64,000 nucleotides of DNA from Methylophilaceae bacterium (GCA_028351715.1 JAOMKM010000005.1:1283-65282); one strand, 5' to 3'; positions 44,071 to 54,337 are shown, numbered from the stretch's first letter. Notes: generated from the sequence alone by a model not told the origin. Made by a program: numbers and translations.

Positions 44071-45228
44071 TTATTTGTTCCTTATTTGTTTACTTAGTTT
44101 CCATAGATAAGATCTTGGACTATCACTGACAATATAAATATTGCCTTTAATACCAATCTCAAAATCACGAATACGTCCAATTTTATCTCTAAAGATAATT
44201 TCTTCACCTACAATAACATTATTTTCATAATCTAATCTGATAAGACTTTGACCATATAGTGAGGATACGATTAAATCTCCCTGCCATTCAGGAAATTCTT
44301 CACCTTGGTAGAACTGAATACTACTAATTGCCATTGAAGGCACCCAGGTTTTAATTGGTCTATCATATTCTTTTTTAAAAGGTGTATCTCCGATACTAAA
44401 TCTAGAATATTCAGTACCACCCCATGCAATATCTTTCCAGCCATAATTTGCTAAAGGTTTAGCCTTACCTATATGGTCACCTCCTCTGGGTCCATGATTC
44501 GAGAAATACACTTCTCCATCATGAGGTGAAATTGTCATTCCTTGAGGATTCCTAACACCAATAGTATAAATTTCAGGTAGCCATATATTTTTACCTATAA
44601 ATTTTGGGTTATCTTTAGGTATTTTCCCGTTAGTCTTAATGCGTATTATACTTCCTGGATGTTGGGACGGATCTTGCGCAATCATTCCTTCATTACGCTC
44701 ACCAAAGCTCGCAAAAAGAGTCTCACCTTTAATAATAATTCTTGAGCCATAATGTTTTTTACTAGGCAGGGGAGGCTTTGCAATCAATAAAACCTTTAGA
44801 TCTTTTATTTTATTTCCAACTAACTTTCCTCTTGCTATAGCAGAGCTAGAAAGATTTTTGATATTTTTAAATTTATGACTGTAAGTAAAATAAATAAAAT
44901 TATCATTACTATTAAAATAGACATCTAAAAGACCACCTTGGTGACCACCAAGGTGGTCTATGTGTTGAATGTTATGGCTAATTTTTTCTTTTTTACCACT
45001 TTCAGTATTAACCTTAAATAAACCACCATTTTTTTCAGTGATTAAAAGATTTTTTTTATCCAAAAAAGTCAAAGCCCAAGGGTAATTGAGTCCTTGTGCA
45101 ATTTTATCTAATTTATATGAGGTTTTTGTGAGGCTATATTGTTTATAATTACTAAAAGTTTGTTCAGAGATGGCGGGTAATGTTAATAAAAAAATTGATC
45201 CGATAACAATATTTTTTCTTAACATCAC
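44071..45228 (-). CDS. PQQ-dependent aldose sugar dehydrogenase (YliI/GdhB family)
   Basis: QGGLLDV, HYGSRI, GVRNPQG, HGPRGGD, NYGW, GRIRD; signal peptide. Confidence 0.88.
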   Translation of the reverse strand: MMLRKNIVIGSIFLLTLPAISEQTFSNYKQYSLTKTSYKLDKIAQGLNYPWALTFLDKKNLLITEKNGGLFKVNTESGKKEKISHNIQHIDHLGGHQGGLLDVYFNSNDNFIYFTYSHKFKNIKNLSSSAIARGKLVGNKIKDLKVLLIAKPPLPSKKHYGSRIIIKGETLFASFGERNEGMIAQDPSQHPGSIIRIKTNGKIPKDNPKFIGKNIWLPEIYTIGVRNPQGMTISPHDGEVYFSNHGPRGGDHIGKAKPLANYGWKDIAWGGTEYSRFSIGDTPFKKEYDRPIKTWVPSMAISSIQFYQGEEFPEWQGDLIVSSLYGQSLIRLDYENNVIVGEEIIFRDKIGRIRDFEIGIKGNIYIVSDSPRSYLWKLSKQIRNK

Positions 45229-45353
45229 AAAGTTCCTTTTAAACAGTCAATTAACCTTTATGATAGATTAATTATAAAAAATACCTACGATGATAATTAG
45301 TAAAAAATCAAGAACATAGTTTTTGGTTTTTTACTAATTATTGACTATTTAAT

Positions 45354-45836
45354 TTAAAAACATCTCTTCTCTTTGCAGCCTTCATCTTTCATACCTAAGG
45401 ATGTAAGATATTTTGCCATATCTTCTTTACCATCTTCACTTAATGCTCGTATTAATGTCACATCACCCTTAAGGTTATTCTGTTCTATACCTATATCAAT
45501 TAAATACTTCACCATAGCCTTGTCTCTATTAAATGCTGCGTGATGAAGTGCATTGAAACGAGTTACTGGATGCGTGTAATTAATATTTGCACCTTTTTCT
45601 TTAAGATACTTTAAGACATCTAATTGTCTTTTAGCTGCAGCCATGAGGAATGGTGTCCAAGCGAAATAACCTTGTTCAAGATCAACATTCATTGTCTCAA
45701 CATACATTTTAACTGTTTTCATATCACCTACGTTGACTGCCCCAGTAAATTCCATTTCTTGAGGGTCAGTTAATGCAAAAGCATTAAAAGAGACTGTTAG
45801 AAGCAGTGCAACAAAACTCTTAATAATATATTTCAT
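45354..45836 (-). CDS. Small secreted ankyrin-repeat protein
   Basis: Signal peptide (AFA), WTPFLMAA..KGANIN, NALHHAA; C-terminal CKEKRC. Confidence 0.8.
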   Translation of the reverse strand: MKYIIKSFVALLLTVSFNAFALTDPQEMEFTGAVNVGDMKTVKMYVETMNVDLEQGYFAWTPFLMAAAKRQLDVLKYLKEKGANINYTHPVTRFNALHHAAFNRDKAMVKYLIDIGIEQNNLKGDVTLIRALSEDGKEDMAKYLTSLGMKDEGCKEKRCF

Positions 45837-45851
45837 AATTTAATCCTATTG

Positions 45852-48800
45852 TTAAGTAAAAAATTTATTCGCGTTGGCGAACATTCTATACCAAGGACCG
45901 TATTCATTCCAACTTTTTGGATACCATGAATTCTGATCCGATTTAAAAACCCTCTCTGGGTGAGGCATCATGATTGACACACGCCCATTTGTAGAGGTTA
46001 ATCCCGTAATACCTAGTTCAGAACCATTTGGATTAAAAGGGTAGCGTAAAGTTCCCTTATGTTGATTGTTAACATAATTCATAGCCACTAAATTATTAGC
46101 CTGAACAGATTCAATGTCATGATTGTTGATAAAATTAACCCGTCCTTCACCATGAGCAACCGCTATTGGCAGTATACTTCCCTCCATACCCATAAAAAAT
46201 GGAGAATTATTCTTTTTTAGCTCAACTAAAACAAATCTTGCTTCAAATTGTTCCGATTCATTTTTAATGAATTGTGGCCAAAGTGCAGCGCCTGGAATAA
46301 TTTCTTTGATATGACTCATCATTTGACAGCCATTACATACTCCCAGAGAGAGGGTATCTTGTCGGTTAAAAAAAGTCTCAAATTCGTCTCTAGCTTTAGA
46401 GTTTAAGAGAATTGATTCGGCCCATCCTTTTCCTGCACCTAGAACATCACCAAAAGAGAATCCACCACATGCAACCATAGCTTTAAAATCATTAAGACTC
46501 AATCTTCCAGAGAGGATGTCTGACATATGAACATCATGCGTTTCAAAGCCAGCATAATGAAAAGCTGCAGCCATTTCATTATGACCATTAATTCCTTGTT
46601 CTCTGAGTATTGCAATCTTTGGCTTTAGTTTATTAATATTTATTGTTGGAATATCAAAGTTAACTTTAGGTGAGATGCCAGGGTCTAAATCATTAAGAAT
46701 ATTTTCATATTCTTCAGAAGCTGTTTTTGGATTATCTCGAAGGGATTGAATCCTGAAGCTTGTTTCTGACCATATCTGTTGTAAATGAGAGCGAACTCCA
46801 TTAAAAATAGTATCTTTATTGTTGTTTAAAATAATATTTTGATCGATACGCGGTTTACCTATTATTGATATTACCGACCCTACTGATTTTTGGAGGGATT
46901 GAAGAACAAAATCTGATTCCTTGTCAGATACCTGGATAACAGCACCTAATTCTTCATTGAACAAAAAATTAGAGACATCATTATCATCTATGTTGATATT
47001 TATATCCATGCCACTATGTCCAGCAAAAGACATCTCTAGAAGGCATGTGATTAACCCTCCATCAGAACGATCATGGTAAGCTAAAATTTTATTATTTCGA
47101 TTAAGACCTTGGATAGCATCAAAGAAGGCTTTAAGTTGTTCTGGTTGATCTAAATCAGGTGAATCGCTACCGACTGATTTATTTATTAGATTCAGAGATG
47201 ACCCGCCCATTCGGTTCTTTCCATTCCCTAAGTCAATAAGAATTAAAGATGTGTTAGGAGATGGTTTTATTTGAGGTGTTAATGTTTGAGTTACATCGTA
47301 ACATTCGCTAAATGCTGATATAACAACAGATAACGGTGATTTAACATTTTTTTCAGCCCCGTCATTCCATTTTGTTTGCATTGACATTGAATCCTTTCCT
47401 ACAGGAATACTTATATTCAGATCGGGACATAAATCAATTCCTATTGCTTTTACTGCTTCAAATAACGCAAAATCATCTTCGTCATTACCAGTTGCTGCCA
47501 TCCAATTGGCTGATAATTTTATCGAGCTCATACTATTTATGGCACTTGAAACAATATTCATTAGTGATTCACCTACAGCCATTCTTGCAGAGGCAGCTGG
47601 ATTAATTAAGGCTAGAGGAGCTTTTTCCCCAATTGAAAAAGACTCACCAGATATACCTTCAAAATCTGATTTTGTAACTGCAACATTGCTTACGGGGATC
47701 TGCCATGGACCAATCATCTGATCTCTTGCGATTAAACCTGTTACTGTTCGATCTCCTATAGTAATTAGAAAATTTTTAGAGGCGACGGAAGGGTATCTTA
47801 GAATTGATTCAATATTATTTTTTAGGGAATTATTAATTATTTTATTTTTATTTTGTTTAATTTTTGTAGCTATTATTTTTTTAGTTAGCTTTGGTGGTTT
47901 TCCAAGTAAAACATTAAGATTCATATCGACAACATTTTTATTTAGATGTGTATCATTAACTACCAATTTCCTTATTTTTGTTGCTTTGCCAACAATAGAA
48001 AAGGGGCTGCGCTCTCTTTCACATATTGAGGTAAAGAGTGGTAAATCTTTTTCATTTATTGATAAAACATATCTTTCTTGAGACTCATTACACCATATCT
48101 CTTTAGGTGTCATACCTGGTTCTTCGTTATTAATAGCTCTTATATCAAAAATTGCCCCAACACCTCCATCATCAATTAGCTCAGGAAATGCGTTTGATAA
48201 GCCACCTGCACCAACATCATGGATACTTAAAATTGGATTACTATCTCCCATTTGCCAACATCGATCGATTACTTCTTGAGCCCGCCTTTGAATTTCTGGA
48301 TTACCTCTTTGTACAGAAGCAAAATCTAGATTTTCATTATTACTACCTGTACCCATACTAGAGGCAGCACTTCCACCTAAACCTATAAGCATAGCTGGAC
48401 CACCTAACTGTATTAGTAAATTATTTTCAGCTAAGTCTTTTTTATGGGTATGAGAGTCATTGATATTTCCAATTCCACCGGCAAGCATAATAGGTTTGTG
48501 GTAGCCCTTGGTGTCATTATTATCGAGAGTAATTTCTAGTGTTCGAAAATATCCTAAAATATTAGGTCGCCCAAATTCATTGTTATAAGATGCGGCTCCA
48601 ATAGGTCCTTCAATCATAATTTGGAGTGGAGATGAAATACGGCCTGGCTTTCCGATAGCCTTACTTTCCCAGGGTTGAATAAAGTTAGGTATCTGAAGGT
48701 TAGATACCGAAAATCCACATAAACCAGCTTTTGGTTTTGAGCCTCGACCAGTTGCTCCTTCATCTCTTATTTCGCCACCAGCTCCGGTTGCAGCACCAGA

Positions 48801-49721
48801 AAATGGAGATATTGCAGTTGGATGATTATGAGTTTCAACCTTAATTATATAGTGTGTAAGTTCTTGGTGTGCCCCATAGATACCGTTTGAGTTTGGATAA
48901 AAGCGATTAATAGATGAGCCTTCAATAATTGAGGAATTATCTGAATACGCAATAACTGTTTTTTGGGGTGATTTTTCATGTGTATTACGTATCATTCCAA
49001 AAAGTGATTTTTGTTGAGCTTTATTTTCAATAATCCAATCAGCATTAAAAATTTTATGTCGACAATGTTCTGAATTAGCTTGGGCGAACATCATTAGCTC
49101 TGCATCAGTAGGATCTCTTTTCTCTGACTTATAGTAATCTGCAAGATAGGAAAGCTCATCAGAAGACAAAGCAAGCCCCTGAGATTCATTAAATTTTTCT
49201 AGTGAAGGCAATCCTTCGGCTAAAAAATTTATTGATACAAGAGGGCTTGGTGGATGGTGTTGAAATAGTTTAAGAATATCATCTTTAACAAGAAAGATAG
49301 ATTCTGTCATTTGATCGTAAATACATTCACCTATCCCCCTTAAATTCTCTCTCGTTAATTTTTTAGAACAAGAAATTGAGATAGCAGAGCAACGCTCAAT
49401 ACGATTAATATTTATACCTGCATGTTTTGCTATATCTGAGGCACGAGAGCTCCATGGAGATATTGTGCCAATTCTTGGGCCAATATAGATTATGTTCATA
49501 TGCTTAAAAGAGTGAAATGATGAGCTACAAGCTAAAATTTTCTCTAAACGCTTATTGTCCTCAGCTTTCAATACTTTGCTGCTTTCTACTAGGTGAAGGT
49601 AAGATGATTCAATATTATTAATAGACGGATTTATTAATTTTAGTTTTTGTATGAGAGTTATTTTTCGAAATTCTGAAAAAACTTGTGAGCCAAACATCCA
49701 GGTGAAGTAATTATTTTGCAT
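45852..49721 (-). CDS. purL: Phosphoribosylformylglycinamidine synthase (large single-chain)
   Basis: QANSEHCRHKIFN, KVETHNHP, HDVGAGG, HDRSDGG, GVCNGCQ, MMPHPER. Confidence 0.97.
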   Translation of the reverse strand: MQNNYFTWMFGSQVFSEFRKITLIQKLKLINPSINNIESSYLHLVESSKVLKAEDNKRLEKILACSSSFHSFKHMNIIYIGPRIGTISPWSSRASDIAKHAGININRIERCSAISISCSKKLTRENLRGIGECIYDQMTESIFLVKDDILKLFQHHPPSPLVSINFLAEGLPSLEKFNESQGLALSSDELSYLADYYKSEKRDPTDAELMMFAQANSEHCRHKIFNADWIIENKAQQKSLFGMIRNTHEKSPQKTVIAYSDNSSIIEGSSINRFYPNSNGIYGAHQELTHYIIKVETHNHPTAISPFSGAATGAGGEIRDEGATGRGSKPKAGLCGFSVSNLQIPNFIQPWESKAIGKPGRISSPLQIMIEGPIGAASYNNEFGRPNILGYFRTLEITLDNNDTKGYHKPIMLAGGIGNINDSHTHKKDLAENNLLIQLGGPAMLIGLGGSAASSMGTGSNNENLDFASVQRGNPEIQRRAQEVIDRCWQMGDSNPILSIHDVGAGGLSNAFPELIDDGGVGAIFDIRAINNEEPGMTPKEIWCNESQERYVLSINEKDLPLFTSICERERSPFSIVGKATKIRKLVVNDTHLNKNVVDMNLNVLLGKPPKLTKKIIATKIKQNKNKIINNSLKNNIESILRYPSVASKNFLITIGDRTVTGLIARDQMIGPWQIPVSNVAVTKSDFEGISGESFSIGEKAPLALINPAASARMAVGESLMNIVSSAINSMSSIKLSANWMAATGNDEDDFALFEAVKAIGIDLCPDLNISIPVGKDSMSMQTKWNDGAEKNVKSPLSVVISAFSECYDVTQTLTPQIKPSPNTSLILIDLGNGKNRMGGSSLNLINKSVGSDSPDLDQPEQLKAFFDAIQGLNRNNKILAYHDRSDGGLITCLLEMSFAGHSGMDININIDDNDVSNFLFNEELGAVIQVSDKESDFVLQSLQKSVGSVISIIGKPRIDQNIILNNNKDTIFNGVRSHLQQIWSETSFRIQSLRDNPKTASEEYENILNDLDPGISPKVNFDIPTININKLKPKIAILREQGINGHNEMAAAFHYAGFETHDVHMSDILSGRLSLNDFKAMVACGGFSFGDVLGAGKGWAESILLNSKARDEFETFFNRQDTLSLGVCNGCQMMSHIKEIIPGAALWPQFIKNESEQFEARFVLVELKKNNSPFFMGMEGSILPIAVAHGEGRVNFINNHDIESVQANNLVAMNYVNNQHKGTLRYPFNPNGSELGITGLTSTNGRVSIMMPHPERVFKSDQNSWYPKSWNEYGPWYRMFANANKFFT

Positions 49722-49874
49722 TAAATATATTAGGTAGAGTGAATGTTTTAAAGTATAAGTAGATTTTATCAGTGTTTCTTATAAAAACTAAAGATGTTTT
49801 TATTTAATAAGGAAACTATTTCATAGTTTTAATTAAAAGCTAATATAAAAATAAATATACTATTTTTTTATTGT

Positions 49875-49893
49875 AATAAGAATCATTCTCATT
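49875..49893. promoter_or_regulatory. Putative Fur box upstream of the FTR1 operon
   Basis: AATAAGAATCATTCTCATT, a 19-bp near-palindrome resembling AATGAtAATnATTaTCATT, about 40 nt before an iron permease start. Confidence 0.75.
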
Positions 49894-49934
49894 TAAAATT
49901 ACATTTTAAATTTCGTTATAAAGAATAAAATATT

Positions 49935-50879
49935 GTGAATGAATTCATTATCACTTTTAGGGAATGCTTAGAGGCATGTCTAATTGTAGGAATTATATAT
50001 ACTCTCCTTGAAAAAAATAATCTAAAAAAAGAGATTAATCAATTATGGCTTGGAGTACTATCTGCTATTGCAGCAAGTATAGTGGTGGCAATTTCCCTTA
50101 ATAGCCTCAAAGAATCAATAGGAAATGCTTCTCTTCACGCATTATTTGAGGGAATAAGTATGTATATCACAGCTATTTTGTTGTGGTATGTTATTTTTTG
50201 GCTCTCTAAGCATGTAAGTCATAAATCTGGTATGGAAACAAAAACTAAACAGGCAATGACTTCAGCAGGTTTAGGTATATTTTTTGTAGTATTTTTTGCC
50301 ATTTTACGAGAAGGTTTTGAAACTGCTTTATTTTTAATGGGTAGTTTTTCTATGACAGGAACTTTTTCCTACCTAGGCTTCTTTGGTGGAATGGTGATAG
50401 CAATTTTAATTGGGTATGGGATTGTGATTCAGGGTCGAAAGATAAATCTAAAGCTATTCTTTCAAGGAACAACTTTTATGTTGGTATTATTTGCATCTGG
50501 AATGGTCGCTTATGGAACTCATGAAATGGAGGAATTCGTTGTTAAGGGAAACCATTTAGAGTATTTAAATATAGAATCAAAAAGTGAAATTTCCCGACCC
50601 TGGAATATTCTTAAACCATTAAAAAAAATTCCTGACGGTGTTAATGAAAATTTTTACTCTTTCAATTTAAATGGAAAAAATAAATACATACATATACTTC
50701 ATGATAATGGTAGGGTAGGAGTTTTTCTTAAAGGCTTCTTTGGATACAATAGCAATCCAAATTGGCTTGAATTTATCTTATGGGCTGTCTCGTTATTTTT
50801 TGGAATAAGTATGTGGAGAAATTTTTATTTTCCTAATAAAAAGTCTGTTGATAAATTTAAGTTACAAAAGGCATCATGA
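49935..50879 (+). CDS. FTR1/EfeU-family iron permease
   Basis: Two RExxE motifs (FRECLEA, LREGFET), about 7 TM segments, C-terminal FFGYNSNP. Confidence 0.9.
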   Translation: MNEFIITFRECLEACLIVGIIYTLLEKNNLKKEINQLWLGVLSAIAASIVVAISLNSLKESIGNASLHALFEGISMYITAILLWYVIFWLSKHVSHKSGMETKTKQAMTSAGLGIFFVVFFAILREGFETALFLMGSFSMTGTFSYLGFFGGMVIAILIGYGIVIQGRKINLKLFFQGTTFMLVLFASGMVAYGTHEMEEFVVKGNHLEYLNIESKSEISRPWNILKPLKKIPDGVNENFYSFNLNGKNKYIHILHDNGRVGVFLKGFFGYNSNPNWLEFILWAVSLFFGISMWRNFYFPNKKSVDKFKLQKAS

Positions 50880-51628
50880 AAAAAATACTATTAATTTGTA
50901 TCGCATTTAATATATTTATCCTTAATGGGTGTTTAAGTGAAAATAATCATGAGGGACATAATCATGAGGGACATAATCATGGCCAGGATAAAGAAATAGC
51001 AAAAGTATATGGAAGTGATAATGAATATTTAACCCAAATTGCACTAATGAGAGGTCATTTATATGTAGGAATTGAGTTATATAAAAACGGATATCTTGAT
51101 AATGCAAAAAGACATATGAAGCACCCAAAAAGTGAGTTATATTCCGATATTATCCCAACATTTAAATCAAAAAAATCTGCGGGTTTTGCAGTTGAGTTAG
51201 CAGATTTAGCTTCTGCAGTTGAAGGCGAAAAAGATTTTGCATTTATCTCATCTAGATACCAGAACCTCGCTGATGCAATGGCTACAAATGAGAATTATAT
51301 TGATGAATCAACCAAGCTACTAAGTAAAAGAATGATTCTAGTGAGTTCATTACTCACAGTTGCAGCAGATGAGTATGCTATTGGAATAGTAAATGGAAAT
51401 ATAGAAAATAAATTTGAATATCAGGATGCTCTGGGGTTTACTATTGTTGCAAAAAGTATTCTAACTGGAACAGTTACCTATAGTGAAGAAGAAGAAATTA
51501 AGAAAAATAAAGTTTTAAAAATAATAGAAAATTTATCTAATTTATGGCCTTCATTAGTTCCAACTGGAATAATAGATGGAGATGCTAAAATTATTTATGA
51601 TGCTGTAGCTGAAATTAATTCAATATAG
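50876..51628 (+). CDS. Uncharacterised His-rich lipoprotein (putative metal-binding partner of FTR1)
   Basis: Lipobox LNG-C19, NHEGH repeats, helical body with MRGHL, RHMKHPKSE, DEY, EYQDALGF; ATGA overlap with FTR1. Confidence 0.75.
   Translation: MKKILLICIAFNIFILNGCLSENNHEGHNHEGHNHGQDKEIAKVYGSDNEYLTQIALMRGHLYVGIELYKNGYLDNAKRHMKHPKSELYSDIIPTFKSKKSAGFAVELADLASAVEGEKDFAFISSRYQNLADAMATNENYIDESTKLLSKRMILVSSLLTVAADEYAIGIVNGNIENKFEYQDALGFTIVAKSILTGTVTYSEEEEIKKNKVLKIIENLSNLWPSLVPTGIIDGDAKIIYDAVAEINSI
50943..50981 (+). repeat. 15-bp coding tandem repeat (NHEGH)
   Basis: ATAATCATGAGGGAC twice plus ATAATCATG. Confidence 0.9.
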
Positions 51629-51632
51629 ATAT

Positions 51633-51890
51633 TTATATTTCGCTTGGAGCAATAGCTTTAATACTTAATGCATGAATCTCATTTGGAATTAAGTCTTCGA
51701 GGGCGGAATAAATAATACGATGCCTTTCCATGGTAGATTTATTTTGAAAAATTTCACTAACAACTATTAAGTTAAAATGTCCTCCGCCTGTATTTCCGGC
51801 GTGTCCTTTATGCATATAACTCTCATCTATAATATTCATCTTGGTAGGTTTAAGAAACGCTAATCGATCTTGAATTATATTTTCCATCAT
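51633..51890 (-). CDS. bolA: BolA family protein
   Basis: DESYMHKGH, GGHF, RHRIIY, IHALSI. Confidence 0.92.
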   Translation of the reverse strand: MMENIIQDRLAFLKPTKMNIIDESYMHKGHAGNTGGGHFNLIVVSEIFQNKSTMERHRIIYSALEDLIPNEIHALSIKAIAPSEI

Positions 51891-51892
51891 GA

Positions 51893-52192
51893 TTATGGTA
51901 ATGTTTTTTTAAAGGGCTTCACATTAATATTCTCAAAGATACCATTAACCATAAATGGATCTTGATTAGCCCATTCATTGGCATCAAATAGACAATCAAA
52001 TTCGGCTACGATCAAGCTACCCGTAAAACCATTAGGCCCTGGTTCCATGGAATCAATTGCAGGGAATGGCCCTGCTAACAGAAGTCGCCCTTGACTCTGA
52101 AGTTCTTCTAGTCGCTCAAGGTGCTTAGGTCTATGCTTATGTCTCATGCTTAAACTATCTTTACAATCGGTTGCGAAGATGCAGTACCACAT
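51893..52192 (-). CDS. yciI: YciI family protein
   Basis: RPKHLERL, GRLLLAGP, GFTGSLIVAEF, DPF; start placed at internal ATG 52192. Confidence 0.9.
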   Translation of the reverse strand: MWYCIFATDCKDSLSMRHKHRPKHLERLEELQSQGRLLLAGPFPAIDSMEPGPNGFTGSLIVAEFDCLFDANEWANQDPFMVNGIFENINVKPFKKTLP

Positions 52193-52196
52193 AAAA

Positions 52197-52724
52197 TTAT
52201 TCCTTTGATACTTTCGAAATAAAAATAGTAACAAATATCATGAAGACAAATAGAAGACCAGTCATTCCAAACAGTTTGAAATTTACCCAAGTATTTTCAT
52301 CATAGTTAAATGCCACATATAAATTAATAAATCCTAATAATATAAAGAATGCAGAAGTTGACATACTTAGCCCAGTCCAGTATTTCTCTTGAAGGGTTAT
52401 CTGATTACCAAATGATTTTTTTATAAGGTTCTTACTAAAAATCTTGTCAGAAATTATTAGGGCAGCAGATAGTATCCAATAAATTACAGATGGTTTCCAC
52501 ATAATAAAGGTTTTATCTTTTAGTAGAATTGTAAGCCCACCTAAAAAAGTAATTATCAAGCCATTGAATAAAAGCATTCTATCGACCTTTTTTTGCATCA
52601 TTAAAACAATAACTATTTGAAGTAAGGTGGCTCCAATAGCTACTGCTGTAGCAGTATAAATTCCGTAAAATTTATAGCTTATGAAAAAAAGTATTACTGG
52701 AAGTAAATCGTATAAAAATTTCAT
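52197..52724 (-). CDS. yciB: Inner membrane protein YciB/IspZ
   Basis: MKFLYDLLPVILFF, FIMWKPS, WVNFKLFG. Confidence 0.92.
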   Translation of the reverse strand: MKFLYDLLPVILFFISYKFYGIYTATAVAIGATLLQIVIVLMMQKKVDRMLLFNGLIITFLGGLTILLKDKTFIMWKPSVIYWILSAALIISDKIFSKNLIKKSFGNQITLQEKYWTGLSMSTSAFFILLGFINLYVAFNYDENTWVNFKLFGMTGLLFVFMIFVTIFISKVSKE

Positions 52725-52790
52725 ATAACCCTATATATAAATTTAATGTATCGTCGACATCAAATAACCAATATAATCTAGTTACAAACT

Positions 52791-53648
52791 ATGATAAATT
52801 CAATAATCGATCTTCACTGCCATTCTACTATATCCGATGGGCTTTTAACGCCAACTGAGCTAGTTAATTATGCAAAAAAATGTAATGTTAATGTAATGGC
52901 ACTAACAGACCATGATGACATTGCTGGATTAAAGGAAGCTCGTATCGCAGCAAAGAATGCTGGAATTGAATTTATTAGTGGGGTAGAGATATCGGTAACA
53001 TGGAATAAACGAACTCTTCATATTGTGGGTTTAAATTTTGATGAGAAGAATATAAATCTCATAAATGGGCTAGAATCAATTCGAAAAGGTCGTGATATAA
53101 GAGCAAAAAAAATGGCCCACAGCTTAGGTATGGCTGGAATTACGAATGCCTACGAGGGAGCAAGAAGTTACGCAAAAAATAGCACTATCGGTAGGATTCA
53201 CTTTGCTCGCTATATTGTAGAGAAGGGTTACGCAAAAGATATTAAATCTGTCTTTAAAAAATATTTAACACCAGGAAAGCCTGGTTTCTTTGATCATCAA
53301 TGGGTAACTTTAGAAGAAGCTGTTTCTTGGATTAGTGATGCAGGAGGCGATGCTGTAATCGCTCATCCAGGTCGCTACGATATGGGTAATAAGTTATACC
53401 CAAAACTTTTTTCTGAATTTAAGAGTCTTGGTGGATCTGGAGTAGAAGTTGTTTCTGGGAGCCAAGATCCTTCTCAAGCTAATTACTTTTGTAAGTTAGC
53501 TAATGATTATGATTTGTTGGGGTCTTGTGGATCAGATTTTCATGGTCCAGGTATTTCTCATAGAGCTATGGGCTCTGTACAAGTAATGCCAGAGCCGTGT
53601 AAACCTATTTGGAGTAAGTGGACTAATATAATGGAATCTATTCATTAA
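52791..53648 (+). CDS. PHP-domain phosphoesterase (YciV/TrpH/RNase AM-like)
   Basis: DLHCHSTISDG, LTDHD, GVEIS, AHPGRY, GSDFHG. Confidence 0.9.
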   Translation: MINSIIDLHCHSTISDGLLTPTELVNYAKKCNVNVMALTDHDDIAGLKEARIAAKNAGIEFISGVEISVTWNKRTLHIVGLNFDEKNINLINGLESIRKGRDIRAKKMAHSLGMAGITNAYEGARSYAKNSTIGRIHFARYIVEKGYAKDIKSVFKKYLTPGKPGFFDHQWVTLEEAVSWISDAGGDAVIAHPGRYDMGNKLYPKLFSEFKSLGGSGVEVVSGSQDPSQANYFCKLANDYDLLGSCGSDFHGPGISHRAMGSVQVMPEPCKPIWSKWTNIMESIH

Positions 53649-53695
53649 ATTCAAAATACTTTTTTAATATTTGTAGTGACACAGAATGGGATGAC

Positions 53696-54337
53696 ATGGA
53701 ATTAACTATTATTCAAAAATTATCTGCCTACGCTTTACCAGTAATTTTCGCAATTACAGTGCATGAAGCAGCCCATGGTTATGCTGCAAAATACTTTGGC
53801 GATATGACTGCCCATTACCTGGGCCGTATAACCTTAAACCCATTAAAACATATTGATCCTATGGGGACAGTCCTTCTCCCGGCTGTTTTATTTATAATAT
53901 CATCCCCATTTTTATTTGGATGGGCTAAACCAGTCCCAGTAAATTTTTCAAACCTTAGAAGTCCGAAAAAAAATATGTTCTGGGTCGCTTTAGCAGGGCC
54001 CGCATCAAACCTTGTAATGGCAATTTTTTGGACAATTATATTAGTGCGCATTAATTTATTTCCTTCACAGGCAGAGCTATTTTTGAGGGTAATGTCATTA
54101 GCTGGCATCCAAATAAATATTGTTTTGATGGTTTTAAATTTATTACCACTTCCACCCTTAGATGGTGGAAGAGTTGCAGTTAGTTTGCTGCCTCATCCAT
54201 GGTCTAATAAGTTAGCTAGTATTGAGCAATATGGATTTTTTATTTTAATATTTTTGTTATTCTCAGGTTTATTGAGTGGAATATTGACTCCATTGATAAA
54301 TATCAGTACAAGTATAATTTTTAGTATTTTTGGGTAA
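53696..54337 (+). CDS. Site-2 protease (M50)
   Basis: HEAAHG, AGPASN, NLLPLPPLDGG. Confidence 0.92.
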   Translation: MELTIIQKLSAYALPVIFAITVHEAAHGYAAKYFGDMTAHYLGRITLNPLKHIDPMGTVLLPAVLFIISSPFLFGWAKPVPVNFSNLRSPKKNMFWVALAGPASNLVMAIFWTIILVRINLFPSQAELFLRVMSLAGIQINIVLMVLNLLPLPPLDGGRVAVSLLPHPWSNKLASIEQYGFFILIFLLFSGLLSGILTPLINISTSIIFSIFG

